From assembly GCA_050873945.1 (NCBI GenBank), contig JBNMJT010000001.1:6104-70103 (forward strand): a stretch of DNA of 64,000 bases. The letters run 5' to 3'. The first letter of the stretch is position 1. Each line of letters starts with the position of its first letter. A program made the translations under genes and the position numbers. The notes beneath the pieces were generated by a model. It was not told where the DNA came from. It saw only the letters and a program-made list of their open reading frames with translations, and searched no databases. This DNA is from Dorea sp. (GTDB lineage: Bacteria; Bacillota; Clostridia; Lachnospirales; Lachnospiraceae). Shown piece by piece: positions 9,089 to 18,592 of this stretch.

Positions 9089-12070
9089 GTGTATTTAAAG
9101 GGAAAATACAACAGGAAAAAGACAGTCAGATGGAAAAGAATCCTGGCTATGTATACCGTCTGTTGTATGCTGCTGGGCTTAAGTAATATCAATATGACAG
9201 CAGTATATGCGGAAGGTTCAGAGACGGAAAATATAGCGTCAGAGAACACGGGATCAGATCGGATGGACAGTGGTCAGACCAATGGCAGCCGGGATACAGA
9301 TCAAGCAGGGAAAGACAGTTCAACAGGCACGGACAATGCCGGTCAGACAGCCGGAGATCAGGGGAATATCACAGATTCAAACCAGACGGCTGATCAGGGT
9401 CAGAATCAGACAAATTCAGCACAACAGGGGAATGACAGCGTAGGGGTACAGGCAGCGCAGAATAATATAAATGCAGACAAGATGTTAGGACAGTTTTTAA
9501 CAAGACTTGGCCTGAGTTCTGATGTGTTTACAGTGGAGAATATCCAGGCGGCAGGGATTACAGATCCTAATTTTGCACAGGCAGTGTATGATTCGGTGAT
9601 GGCTGATCAGGGGAATTTCTACAGGCAGATTGAAGTTAATAACGTTACCGGGGAGATAGAGAACACAGGCAAAGAGAGAACTCTTGAAGGTATGTACACG
9701 GCTGGAACTACGGAAGGGATTATAAGTAATGAAGCTATAGATGTTCCAAGTGGATTAAGACTGATCCTGAGTTTCTTTTCCGGAAGTATAGATGCAAAAG
9801 GAAAAAATATCCAGTCGATTGACGGAATCAAGATTTTGAGAAAAGCATTGAAGATTGATCTGAGAAATAATCAGATTACCGATATTTCCGGTCTTGAAAA
9901 AAGAAAAGGCGAGATAACTGCTGTGACGGATGATAATAGTTCGAATAGTTATAAGAATTATTTTGGTGAATCATGGAGTAACAAGTCAAGAAACGTGTAT
10001 GTATATTTTGATGGAAATCCTGTAAAAATCTTATATGGCGAAACGAACGGACGTCTCATAGTGGATCTTACGAGAGGCGGTTCTATTCCATTGGCGGATA
10101 TTTCTCTTACTTATGCAGTTGATGGAACAGAAACGAATGGTTTTACAACGCCATTTCTGGAGGCAGAATTTTATTATAATGAACAAAGCATCCCTCTCAG
10201 TGATACGGGAGTAGGAATAGTAGAAGGTTCTACGATTGATGTGGCGTTTGAAAGTATTGAAAAAAGAGAGGAAAATAATGGATTTCAGGGAGTCACGGTT
10301 CGTGACATTAAGAATCCGGGATGGTTTTACATCACATTTTCATATGAAGCAAAGACACGTAACTGGGTTGGCTCGGGCGGAACAACTTCGGAGGCAGTGT
10401 TTTCAACCACTGCTTCTAAGAAAGTCAATGTGGACATATACACGAATGTGAAAGTGGAATATACATCCAATGGCTGCATCCTTCTGAAGAAACAGGATGA
10501 ACAGGGAAAAGCAATCGCAGGCGCAGAATTCAATCTTTATAAATGTGGAGATCCTTCAGATACATTGATTCCGGAAGATACCGCACAGCCGGACACCGGG
10601 AAGGTATATAAGACCGATGAGAATGGAGAGATTCTGGTCAGTGGTCTTGAAGATGGAGAATACTATTTCGTAGAGACAAAATTGCCGGAAGGATATCAGC
10701 AGGAGATATATGGAAATACTTCTTATGTACCGGATGCTGCAGGGTCAGGAAAGACAATCAGTTTTGACATTAAGGAAAGTGACAGAAGCGCAAGATATGC
10801 ATTGTACAAGATGGCAGGACAGATCCAGGGAACGGATGATCCATGTGTGGCGACTGGCTTAAAGACCGGCGCAGATGGAAAAGTTACATATGATGTAAGT
10901 GATAACGGAACCTATTATCTTGTAAAAAGTGATGTATTGAAGGTTACAAATGTAACGAAGCGCGAAATAACACTGAATAATACGTCAAGAAAAAGTGTAT
11001 CTGACCAGGGCAGGGATTTGTCTGCATGGGAAGGCGATTCTATAGCAGTTACCAATAGTGATGATGGAACAACGACGGAGAAAAGAATCGATGCGACAGA
11101 AAAAGCCGGAGGATTCTTTGTTAAAGGTATCATTCCCAAAAAAGTGGACTCAGACGGCGAAACGATTGATGGCTCTGGAGAAGGTACAGAAGACAAACTT
11201 AAATTCAACTATCAGGATACAAAAAGTTCTCCATTATATGAGATTACTCTGAAATGGACCAAAGAACTTGGCAGCGCTGATGAAGCAACAAGTGGAAAGA
11301 TGACTTACAGGATCCGTCGGGATAATGAAAAAAATACCGGTAAAGTTACATACTGTGCGGATGCTACAGAGTTAGAGAACGTTGTGAAAGAAAAATTACA
11401 GGAACTGGCCAGTGTTGAATACCGCAATGTGGAGATGAATATCGAATTCGGTGATGGCGGCAATGATAAATGGTCTGTGGATAAAACCCAGATTCCAACA
11501 ACTACAGTAACCAACCCGAAGACGACCACCTTAAAAGTATACAAACAGGATGACGCCGGTAAGATGCTGGAGAATGCAGAATTTACATTATACCGGAAAG
11601 CGGCAGAAGGAGAGACAGATACGGAGAAGCTGAAGGTGGGAAATACTACGATCGATGCAGTAGCTGTAACAAAGCAGGTGACAAAAAAAGAGAGTGGAAA
11701 TCCGGACAAAGCAGTTGCGGAATTCAAAGATCTGCCGAACAGCAGCACTTTCTATATTGCAGAGACGAAACTGCCGACAGGTCATCAGTATATCAAGAAA
11801 GACAATGATAAGTATGAAGCAGCGATCGGCAAAGTCTATGAGGTGAAGACGGATAAATACGGAGATGTCACAATAGACGGAGCTAAGGCAGAAGGAACTT
11901 CAAAGGGACATGTATTCTCTATTACGTTCACCAATGTCGGAATCAGTCTTCCAAAGACGGGATTTGGCGGAGGATATACACTCTACACATTACTGGCAAT
12001 GCTGGTGATCGGTTCAGCAGGAGCATGGCTGTATCTGAACCGGAAAAAGAAGATTTCAGAAGGTAAGTAA
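9089..12070 (+). CDS. Pilus tip adhesin / ancillary pilin with short LRR segment, SpaA (Cna-B) domains and LPXTG anchor
   Basis: Signal peptide; LRR NIQSIDGI..IDLRNNQITDISGL; GAEFNLY...YYFVETKLPEGY; LPKTG + TM + basic tail. Confidence 0.85.
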   Translation: MYLKGKYNRKKTVRWKRILAMYTVCCMLLGLSNINMTAVYAEGSETENIASENTGSDRMDSGQTNGSRDTDQAGKDSSTGTDNAGQTAGDQGNITDSNQTADQGQNQTNSAQQGNDSVGVQAAQNNINADKMLGQFLTRLGLSSDVFTVENIQAAGITDPNFAQAVYDSVMADQGNFYRQIEVNNVTGEIENTGKERTLEGMYTAGTTEGIISNEAIDVPSGLRLILSFFSGSIDAKGKNIQSIDGIKILRKALKIDLRNNQITDISGLEKRKGEITAVTDDNSSNSYKNYFGESWSNKSRNVYVYFDGNPVKILYGETNGRLIVDLTRGGSIPLADISLTYAVDGTETNGFTTPFLEAEFYYNEQSIPLSDTGVGIVEGSTIDVAFESIEKREENNGFQGVTVRDIKNPGWFYITFSYEAKTRNWVGSGGTTSEAVFSTTASKKVNVDIYTNVKVEYTSNGCILLKKQDEQGKAIAGAEFNLYKCGDPSDTLIPEDTAQPDTGKVYKTDENGEILVSGLEDGEYYFVETKLPEGYQQEIYGNTSYVPDAAGSGKTISFDIKESDRSARYALYKMAGQIQGTDDPCVATGLKTGADGKVTYDVSDNGTYYLVKSDVLKVTNVTKREITLNNTSRKSVSDQGRDLSAWEGDSIAVTNSDDGTTTEKRIDATEKAGGFFVKGIIPKKVDSDGETIDGSGEGTEDKLKFNYQDTKSSPLYEITLKWTKELGSADEATSGKMTYRIRRDNEKNTGKVTYCADATELENVVKEKLQELASVEYRNVEMNIEFGDGGNDKWSVDKTQIPTTTVTNPKTTTLKVYKQDDAGKMLENAEFTLYRKAAEGETDTEKLKVGNTTIDAVAVTKQVTKKESGNPDKAVAEFKDLPNSSTFYIAETKLPTGHQYIKKDNDKYEAAIGKVYEVKTDKYGDVTIDGAKAEGTSKGHVFSITFTNVGISLPKTGFGGGYTLYTLLAMLVIGSAGAWLYLNRKKKISEGK

Positions 12071-12090
12071 TTAACCGGTTACCTTTGAAA
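12054..12090 (+). other. Intercistronic hairpin between adhesin and major pilin
   Basis: TTTCAGAAGGTAA...TTACCTTTGAAA, no poly-U tail. Confidence 0.45.
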
Positions 12091-12138
12091 TAAATAAAAT
12101 TACTATTATCTAACTAAAAGAGGAAAGGATGAGAAAAG

Positions 12139-13878
12139 ATGAAAAAGAAAATTATGAAACGTCTTGCGGCGGCAGGATTGTCGATAATTACACTTCTTGG
12201 TATGTCGGCGACTGTTTTCGCGGATGAAAACACGAGTACGGATACTCCGGGAGAAAAACAGGCAGGAGATTCAGCAATTTTGAAATCGGATGGCGGTTCT
12301 AATTTTGCAAATATAACTGTTAAAAATCTTGGAAAGAGTGGTTCAAAGTATGATGAAGCAAAGGCTTATAAGGTTGTAAACATCACATATGATCCAGGTT
12401 CCAATAATGTTACTTATGAATGGGCAAGTGATGCTATCAAAACAGCAGCAGATGCAGTTATAGATACAGATAATAAAATTGATAATTTTACTGTAAAAGA
12501 TTTTGTAGATGCATATGAAGAAAAGACAGATGATAAAGCTAAGGCAGATTGTGCAGATCACGTATATTCTGCAATCCTCAAAGTAATCAGCCAGGATACA
12601 GGCAGTTGGATTGCATCAGAGAATAATAATGATGGTACGGCAATTTTCAAAAGCGTAAATATGGGACAGTATATTGTCAAAGTTGTCGGAAATGATGTAT
12701 ATCAGGCGATGACAGCAACTCTGGAACCTGTTGTTGGAAATGGTAAAAATCAGGATTCAGATAAATATTATCTGCATAGTGTTGTATTGAACGTAAAACA
12801 CTCTAACCCGACACTTACAAAAAATATTGTCGTAAATAATAAGGATAAAAAGATCACTACAGTAACAATCGGTGACGATGTAACTTACAAAGTAGATGTA
12901 ACTGCACCGGAATTCCCGGAATATGGAGTAAATAAGACATTCCAGGTAAAAGACAAAGCAAATGACGGCTTAATTGGAATTAAGAATCTGGAAGTAGTTG
13001 TTAATGGCAGCAAACTGGAAAATACAGAAGATACAACTTATTATGAAGTGATTTATAAGGATAAAGATGGAAATGTAACTACTCCGGAAAATGCGGTCAA
13101 GTATGAGATTAACTTTGTGATGGATAAAGTCAAAGACGTACTTGGAACAGACAAAAAGATCACAATTAAGTATGATTCAGAAGTAACAACTGATTTCGTG
13201 ACAAAGGGAGATTCCGCAGATGCCACATTGTTCTGGCCAATAGACACATGGGTTAATGCAAATGACTTAAATACTCTGACTGAAGGCGTACGTGTATACA
13301 CATTCGGTATTGACGGATTAAAGTTTGAAAAAGGTAATGAAAGCAAAGGACTGAAAGGTGCAGAATTCAAGCTTTATGAGAGCGAGAATGGCGGAAATGC
13401 ATTGAAGTTCAAGGTTGTTAATGATTCAGATGGAATAACCAAATATGTAGTATCAAAAGCTTCAGATGCAACAGATACGATCAAAGCAAGCGATAAAGGT
13501 AAGTTCTATATTTACGGACTTGGTGCTGACAGCGATGCAAATGGCGATGTAATCGCAAAGACATATTATCTGGAAGAGACAAGAGTACCTACCGGATACA
13601 CACTCCTTACAGAGCGTCAGGCAGTTACGATTACTCCTGTTGTAAATAGCGATAAAACAATGATTGACGGAGTGAATGAAGAATACAGATCTACTAATAC
13701 ACAGTTAAATAATAAAGATTATTACACAGTTGCAAAAGTAGCTAACGTAAAAGGTTTCACACTTCCTAAGACAGGTGACACAGCAATGTTCTTCATGTCT
13801 ATTGCAGGTGTTGTGATCGCATTACTGGGAATCGCATACTTTGTAATTTCAAGAAGAAAATACAGTAAAGAAAACTAA
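12139..13878 (+). CDS. Major (backbone) pilin, SpaH/EbpC type, LPXTG-anchored
   Basis: Signal peptide, VLNVKH pilin-motif-like Lys, D2 domain (TIGDDVTYKV), E-box YYLEETRVPTGY, LPKTG. Confidence 0.9.
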   Translation: MKKKIMKRLAAAGLSIITLLGMSATVFADENTSTDTPGEKQAGDSAILKSDGGSNFANITVKNLGKSGSKYDEAKAYKVVNITYDPGSNNVTYEWASDAIKTAADAVIDTDNKIDNFTVKDFVDAYEEKTDDKAKADCADHVYSAILKVISQDTGSWIASENNNDGTAIFKSVNMGQYIVKVVGNDVYQAMTATLEPVVGNGKNQDSDKYYLHSVVLNVKHSNPTLTKNIVVNNKDKKITTVTIGDDVTYKVDVTAPEFPEYGVNKTFQVKDKANDGLIGIKNLEVVVNGSKLENTEDTTYYEVIYKDKDGNVTTPENAVKYEINFVMDKVKDVLGTDKKITIKYDSEVTTDFVTKGDSADATLFWPIDTWVNANDLNTLTEGVRVYTFGIDGLKFEKGNESKGLKGAEFKLYESENGGNALKFKVVNDSDGITKYVVSKASDATDTIKASDKGKFYIYGLGADSDANGDVIAKTYYLEETRVPTGYTLLTERQAVTITPVVNSDKTMIDGVNEEYRSTNTQLNNKDYYTVAKVANVKGFTLPKTGDTAMFFMSIAGVVIALLGIAYFVISRRKYSKEN

Positions 13879-13899
13879 AACACATACAGGGCAGATAAG

Positions 13900-14766
13900 A
13901 TGAAAAAACATTTTTCAACGATATTTGCGGTAGCAGTGATATTATTTGGGGTAGGAATCTTTTTCTACCCCAATATTAGTAATTGGTACATGCAAAGACA
14001 TCAGGGAGAGATTATTCAGGAATATAGTAAAAAGACAGAAGGCATGTCCAAAGAAGAGATCAAAGAGATTAAGAAATCCGTCCGGGCATATAATAAAAGC
14101 CTGATCAATAACCGCACCGTCCTGACAGACCCGTTTGATGAAGAGGCATGGAATCTTCTGAATGACAGCTATAAAGATCTGCTGAGTGTAGGCGGAACCA
14201 TGGCATATATAGAGATTCCGAAGATTGATGTATATCTGCCGGTCTATCACGGAACGGATAAAAAGACTCTGGAAAAGGGAATCGGACATCTGCAGAATAC
14301 ATCGTTTCCGATTGGCGGAAAAGGGACACACTGCGTATTATCGGGACATTCAGGACTGCCAAGTGCGATGCTTTTTACGAATCTGGATCAGATGAAGAAG
14401 GGGAATAAATTCTACATCCATGTGCTGGATGAAGTGCTTGCATATAAGGTGGATCAGATCAAGGTTGTAGAACCGGAAGATATCAGTCTTTTGAAGATCG
14501 ATCCGGATGAAGATTATATTACGCTCGTAACCTGTACACCATTTGGAAAAAATACGCACAGACTTCTTGTAAGGGGAAAACGAACTGCTTATAAGAAAAA
14601 AGACTTGAGGAAAGACCGGGAAGATGCAAAAAATAAAAGCCTCTGGGAGAAAGTGAAAGATCTGTTCCGACACCGGAGTCTGGCACTTCAGATCCTGGGA
14701 GCAGGAATCGGCGTGGTGATCGCCGGATTCATATATCTGTTGATGAAAAAAATGAGACGGAGATAA
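13900..14766 (+). CDS. srtC: Class C (pilus) sortase
   Basis: DPF lid, HCVLSGHSG, TLVTCTP, HRLLVRG; N- and C-terminal TM. Confidence 0.95.
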   Translation: MKKHFSTIFAVAVILFGVGIFFYPNISNWYMQRHQGEIIQEYSKKTEGMSKEEIKEIKKSVRAYNKSLINNRTVLTDPFDEEAWNLLNDSYKDLLSVGGTMAYIEIPKIDVYLPVYHGTDKKTLEKGIGHLQNTSFPIGGKGTHCVLSGHSGLPSAMLFTNLDQMKKGNKFYIHVLDEVLAYKVDQIKVVEPEDISLLKIDPDEDYITLVTCTPFGKNTHRLLVRGKRTAYKKKDLRKDREDAKNKSLWEKVKDLFRHRSLALQILGAGIGVVIAGFIYLLMKKMRRR

Positions 14767-14782
14767 GGTCCGTCTCGTTTTT
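14747..14782 (+). terminator. Intrinsic terminator of the pilus operon
   Basis: AAAAAATGAGACGG...CCGTCTCGTTTTT. Confidence 0.65.
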
Positions 14783-14793
14783 GGCTATAATAT

Positions 14794-14827
14794 GCAAGAG
14801 AAGCTGCCGGTGGCAGGTTCTGTAGAT
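14794..14827 (+). repeat. REP-like palindromic repeat
   Basis: GCAAGAGAAGCTGCCGGTGGCAGGTTCTGTAGAT; related copies at 9011, 34981, 45627. Confidence 0.75.
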
Positions 14828-16062
14828 TAAATCTGCATATTTTTATGTTCTTTCTTCTGTTGATACATGGCAGCATCTGCCTGTGTCAGGATATCATCTA
14901 CATTGACAGCTCCGTGTCCTTCCGGAAGCTGTACGATACCGAAGCTGAAGTTCTTATCATACGGTCTGGTGGATTCGGAAGAAAAATCCTTCTGGATCTG
15001 CCGGATCTTTTTTAGTGCCACGTCTTTCGGGCAGCCCTTTAATACAAGGCAGAATTCATCACCGCCGACGCGGACAAAGATGTCATCCTCCCGGATATTG
15101 TGCTTCACAATATCTACAAAATGACAGATATACCAGTCACCTTCCATGTGGCCAAAGTTGTCATTGACATACTTCAGGTGATCCAGGTCACAGTAACAGA
15201 AGATCAGGTCTTCCCCGCTGTCTAACAGTTCATCCAGCTTCTTCTGGAAATAATACCGGTTACCGATCTGAGTCAGTGTATCAAAGTAAGCTTCCTGTTC
15301 CAGCTTGTCCTGTTCGAGTCTGTCTTTCGTGACTTCGAGGATAATGTGTGCGTAAGCCTCCTCACCCTGCCATTCCATCAGAGCCGTTGTGATACGGTAG
15401 AAATGATGAGAAGAGTCTTCGGCATCCCAGGTCCATTCGTAGGAGGACTCATCGGAAGCCTTTTTTAACAGGTTATGCGCCTGCTTTTCCAGGAAAATCT
15501 TATAAAGTTCATAGTTCTGCAGCTCTTCGATCATATTGCGGCTGGAATAGAGGATACGGGGATTGTTGACACTTGTTACGAGAATGTCTTCTTCGCTGCG
15601 TTTGATCAGATCCAGAAGAAGTCCATTATAGTTATCGACCATCTCTGCATGGTTCTTCTCCATCTCTGCTTCCTGTTTCAGTGATTCTTCCCGCTCACGG
15701 AGCTGTCTTGTCATGGTGTTAAAAGCTTCCGAAAATTCACCAAGATAGGAAACTGTCTGGGAATAGTCACCTTTAGCCACCTGCTTTGCCTGCCAGGTCA
15801 GATGGTTCAGATTGGCATGAATGTTCTTCAGATTTTCGCACAAAAAGTTGTCCCTGGAAGGGGTAAAATCTGCCAGATTACCGTTGGACAGTGCAGCAGA
15901 GCAGAATTTCATCTCATGGACAGCATGATCCAGATACTGAAGTCCCATTCCAAGCTTCTGAAATGGTTCGTCCAGATCCTGAATATCGAGAGACATGACC
16001 TCATTGTCATACAGAATGCTCCTCAGATATTCAAATAATAATTGGCAGTTGCGTTCTTCCAT
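14827..16062 (-). CDS. Cytoplasmic diguanylate cyclase (HAMP + GGDEF)
   Basis: HAMP (AKQVAKGDYSQ..GEFSEAFNTM), DTLTQIGNR, KYVNDNFGH, REDD I-site, GGDEF; RBS AGGAG before ATG 16062. Confidence 0.92.
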   Translation of the reverse strand: MEERNCQLLFEYLRSILYDNEVMSLDIQDLDEPFQKLGMGLQYLDHAVHEMKFCSAALSNGNLADFTPSRDNFLCENLKNIHANLNHLTWQAKQVAKGDYSQTVSYLGEFSEAFNTMTRQLREREESLKQEAEMEKNHAEMVDNYNGLLLDLIKRSEEDILVTSVNNPRILYSSRNMIEELQNYELYKIFLEKQAHNLLKKASDESSYEWTWDAEDSSHHFYRITTALMEWQGEEAYAHIILEVTKDRLEQDKLEQEAYFDTLTQIGNRYYFQKKLDELLDSGEDLIFCYCDLDHLKYVNDNFGHMEGDWYICHFVDIVKHNIREDDIFVRVGGDEFCLVLKGCPKDVALKKIRQIQKDFSSESTRPYDKNFSFGIVQLPEGHGAVNVDDILTQADAAMYQQKKEHKNMQI

Positions 16063-16121
16063 AATCGTTTTGTCTCCTGAAATAATACTTGAAATAATCA
16101 TTCCCGGCTGTCAGCCGGAAA

Positions 16122-16664
16122 TTATTCTGCATCTTCTACTGCGGCATGGAATCTGCAGACACGGTCTCCGGTTGCCCAGCAGTCGACTTCGATCGCAGTG
16201 TATGGCTTATCGGAATAGAGAGAGAGGATTCCGGATATGAATCCCTCATCATAGTTGCACACCGTCTCACCAAGGATCGGAAGCCCGGAACAGTCGGCAT
16301 CTTCGGAAACGGTTAAGATAATCTTACCGCTTTCTTCATCGACATCTTCGATACGGAGTACACCGATCTTCAGTTCCTGCATACGGTCCTGGAGTTCGCC
16401 GACAAATTTGTCCAGAGACTGGTCCATGTTAAGGAACTGCTTTGCGAAGAATTCTCCGGCAGTCCGTCCGGCACTGCGGAAGATTTCAATCTGTTCTTCT
16501 TTGCCATAACGTTTGATCAGTTCATCCTTCAGAGAATATTCCAGCATGCGGTATACCATGACGGGAAGTTCGGCACCGAGATTCTCACGGCTTTCCGGAT
16601 TATAATGTAAATAGTCAGCAAAGCTGATTGGTTTCTGATCTTTCAAAAAAATATTTTCTACCAT
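16122..16664 (-). CDS. V4R (4-vinyl reductase) domain protein
   Basis: DADCSGLP..VCNYDEGFISGIL..EVDCWATGDRVCRF pattern; RBS AAAGGA before ATG 16664. Confidence 0.85.
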   Translation of the reverse strand: MVENIFLKDQKPISFADYLHYNPESRENLGAELPVMVYRMLEYSLKDELIKRYGKEEQIEIFRSAGRTAGEFFAKQFLNMDQSLDKFVGELQDRMQELKIGVLRIEDVDEESGKIILTVSEDADCSGLPILGETVCNYDEGFISGILSLYSDKPYTAIEVDCWATGDRVCRFHAAVEDAE

Positions 16665-16846
16665 ATAGTACGTCCTTTCTCTGCATATCCCCATGCAGAT
16701 TCACTATATCCAGTATAGCATTGAATAAATGGCGGTTCAATGAAATCAATTGTTATTATGGTGAAAATATGCTAATATTTATATAGAATACGGTCTGAAT
16801 CATGACCGGAAAGATCATATTTATTTTTAAGGAGGAATCTAACACT

Positions 16847-18427
16847 ATGATTACCTGGAACAACTTAGATACCCTTACATCATTCAAAGAACTGGAAAAG
16901 GTTGAACGAGTAAATCTTGTAGAGGCAATGACAGGAGAAAGCGGAGCAGAACGAGTAAAGAATTACAGCGTTCCGATGGCAGAAGGACTTACTTATAACT
17001 ATGCTGCAAAGCAGGTTGATGATAAAGTACTGGCAGCACTTGCAAAATTAGCAGATGAAGCACAGCTGGCAGAGAAATTCGAAGCACTTTACAATGGAGA
17101 AGTGATCAATACAGGAGAGAAACGTCTGGTACTTCATCACATGACCCGCGGACAGCTCGGAGAAGCGGTAGAAGCTGACGGAGTGGACAAGCGTGCATTC
17201 TATACAGAACAGCAGGCTAAGATCGCAGACTTTGCCAACAAAGTACATGCCGGAGAGATCACAAACGGCGCAGGCGAGAAGTTCACAACGGTTGTACAGA
17301 TCGGTATCGGCGGAAGTGACCTTGGACCTCGTGCGATGTATCTCGCACTTGAGAACTGGGCTAAGAAGAATGATACATTCAAGATGGAAGCCAAATTCAT
17401 CAGTAACGTAGATCCTGATGATGCAGCCGGTGTGCTGAATTCTATTGATGTTGCACACTCTATCTTCGTACTGGTATCAAAATCAGGAACAACACTTGAG
17501 ACATTAACGAATGAATCATTTGTTAAAGACGCATTAAAGAACGCAGGACTGGATGCTTCCAAGCATATGATCGCTGTTACAAGTGAGACATCCCCGCTTG
17601 CAAAGAGTGATGACTATCTTGCAGCATTCTTCATGGATGACTATATCGGAGGACGTTATTCTTCTACATCAGCAGTCGGCGGTGCTGTATTATCTCTGGC
17701 ATTCGGACCGGAAGTATTCGCACAGTTCCTGGACGGTGCTGCAGCGGAAGATGCACTTTCCAAGAATAAAGATGTATTTAAGAACCCTGCAATGCTGGAT
17801 GCACTGATCGGTGTATATGAGAGAAATGTACTGGGATATCCAAGTACAGCCGTACTTCCATACTCTCAGGCACTGAGCCGTTTCCCGGCACATTTACAGC
17901 AGTTAGATATGGAGTCTAATGGTAAATCTGTAAACCGATTCGGTGAGCCGGTAGATTATCCTACAGGTCCGGTTATCTTCGGAGAGCCTGGAACAAACGG
18001 ACAGCATTCCTTCTATCAGTTACTGCATCAGGGAACAGACATCGTGCCATTACAGTTTGTTGGATACAAGAACAGCCAGATGGCAACAGATGTTGTGATC
18101 CAGGACAGCACAAGCCAGCAGAAGCTGTGTGCGAACGTAGCTGCACAGATCGTTGCATTTGCATGTGGTAAATCTGACGAGAACCGCAATAAGAACTTCG
18201 AAGGCGGACGCCCGTCAAGCATCATCATCGGTGAGTAGGTAAATCCGGGATCTCTCGGTGCACTCCTTGCACACTTCGAGAACAAAGTTATGTTCCAGGG
18301 ATTCGTATGGAACGTGAACAGCTTTGACCAGGAAGGTGTACAGCTTGGTAAAGTACTTGCAAAACGCGTACTTGCCCATGAGACAGACGGCGCACTGAAG
18401 GTGTTCAGTGATCTGCTGAATATCTAA
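16847..18427 (+). pseudogene. pgi: Glucose-6-phosphate isomerase interrupted by in-frame TAG at 18236-18238 (nonsense mutation or sequence error)
   Basis: IGIGGSDLGP, SKSGTTLET, GGRYS, QQLDMESNGK, GTNGQHSF; frame continues after TAG with [12 protein letters not shown] to TAA 18425-18427. Confidence 0.9.
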
Positions 18428-18518
18428 GCAATACGGTATTTTACAGAAACTGCAGGGGGAAGATTCTTTGCATAAATAAACGGACAATCACTTGTTAGAG
18501 TAATCGAATAGTGGTATG

Positions 18519-18570
18519 ATAGTGCTGTTAGCCGGAAATAAAAATATCCGGCTGACAGCATTATTTTTTT
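18519..18570 (+). terminator. Intrinsic terminator after pgi
   Basis: ATAGTGCTGTTAGCCGGA...TCCGGCTGACAGCATTAT + T run. Confidence 0.65.
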
Positions 18571-18592
18571 CAAATGAAAGGAAAATAAAGAC

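Noticed and set aside
16094-16125. CCGGCTGACAGC hairpin between V4R and DGC genes, similar to the stem at 18525-18560
   Set aside because: Only about 12 bp shared; could be chance or an ordinary mRNA hairpin
16847-18427. Genome-wide TAG recoding or pyrrolysine
   Set aside because: Many genes in the window end properly at TAG and no pyl genes are visible
18430-18592. THF riboswitch before folC
   Set aside because: Only a simple terminator-like hairpin; no aptamer features recognised
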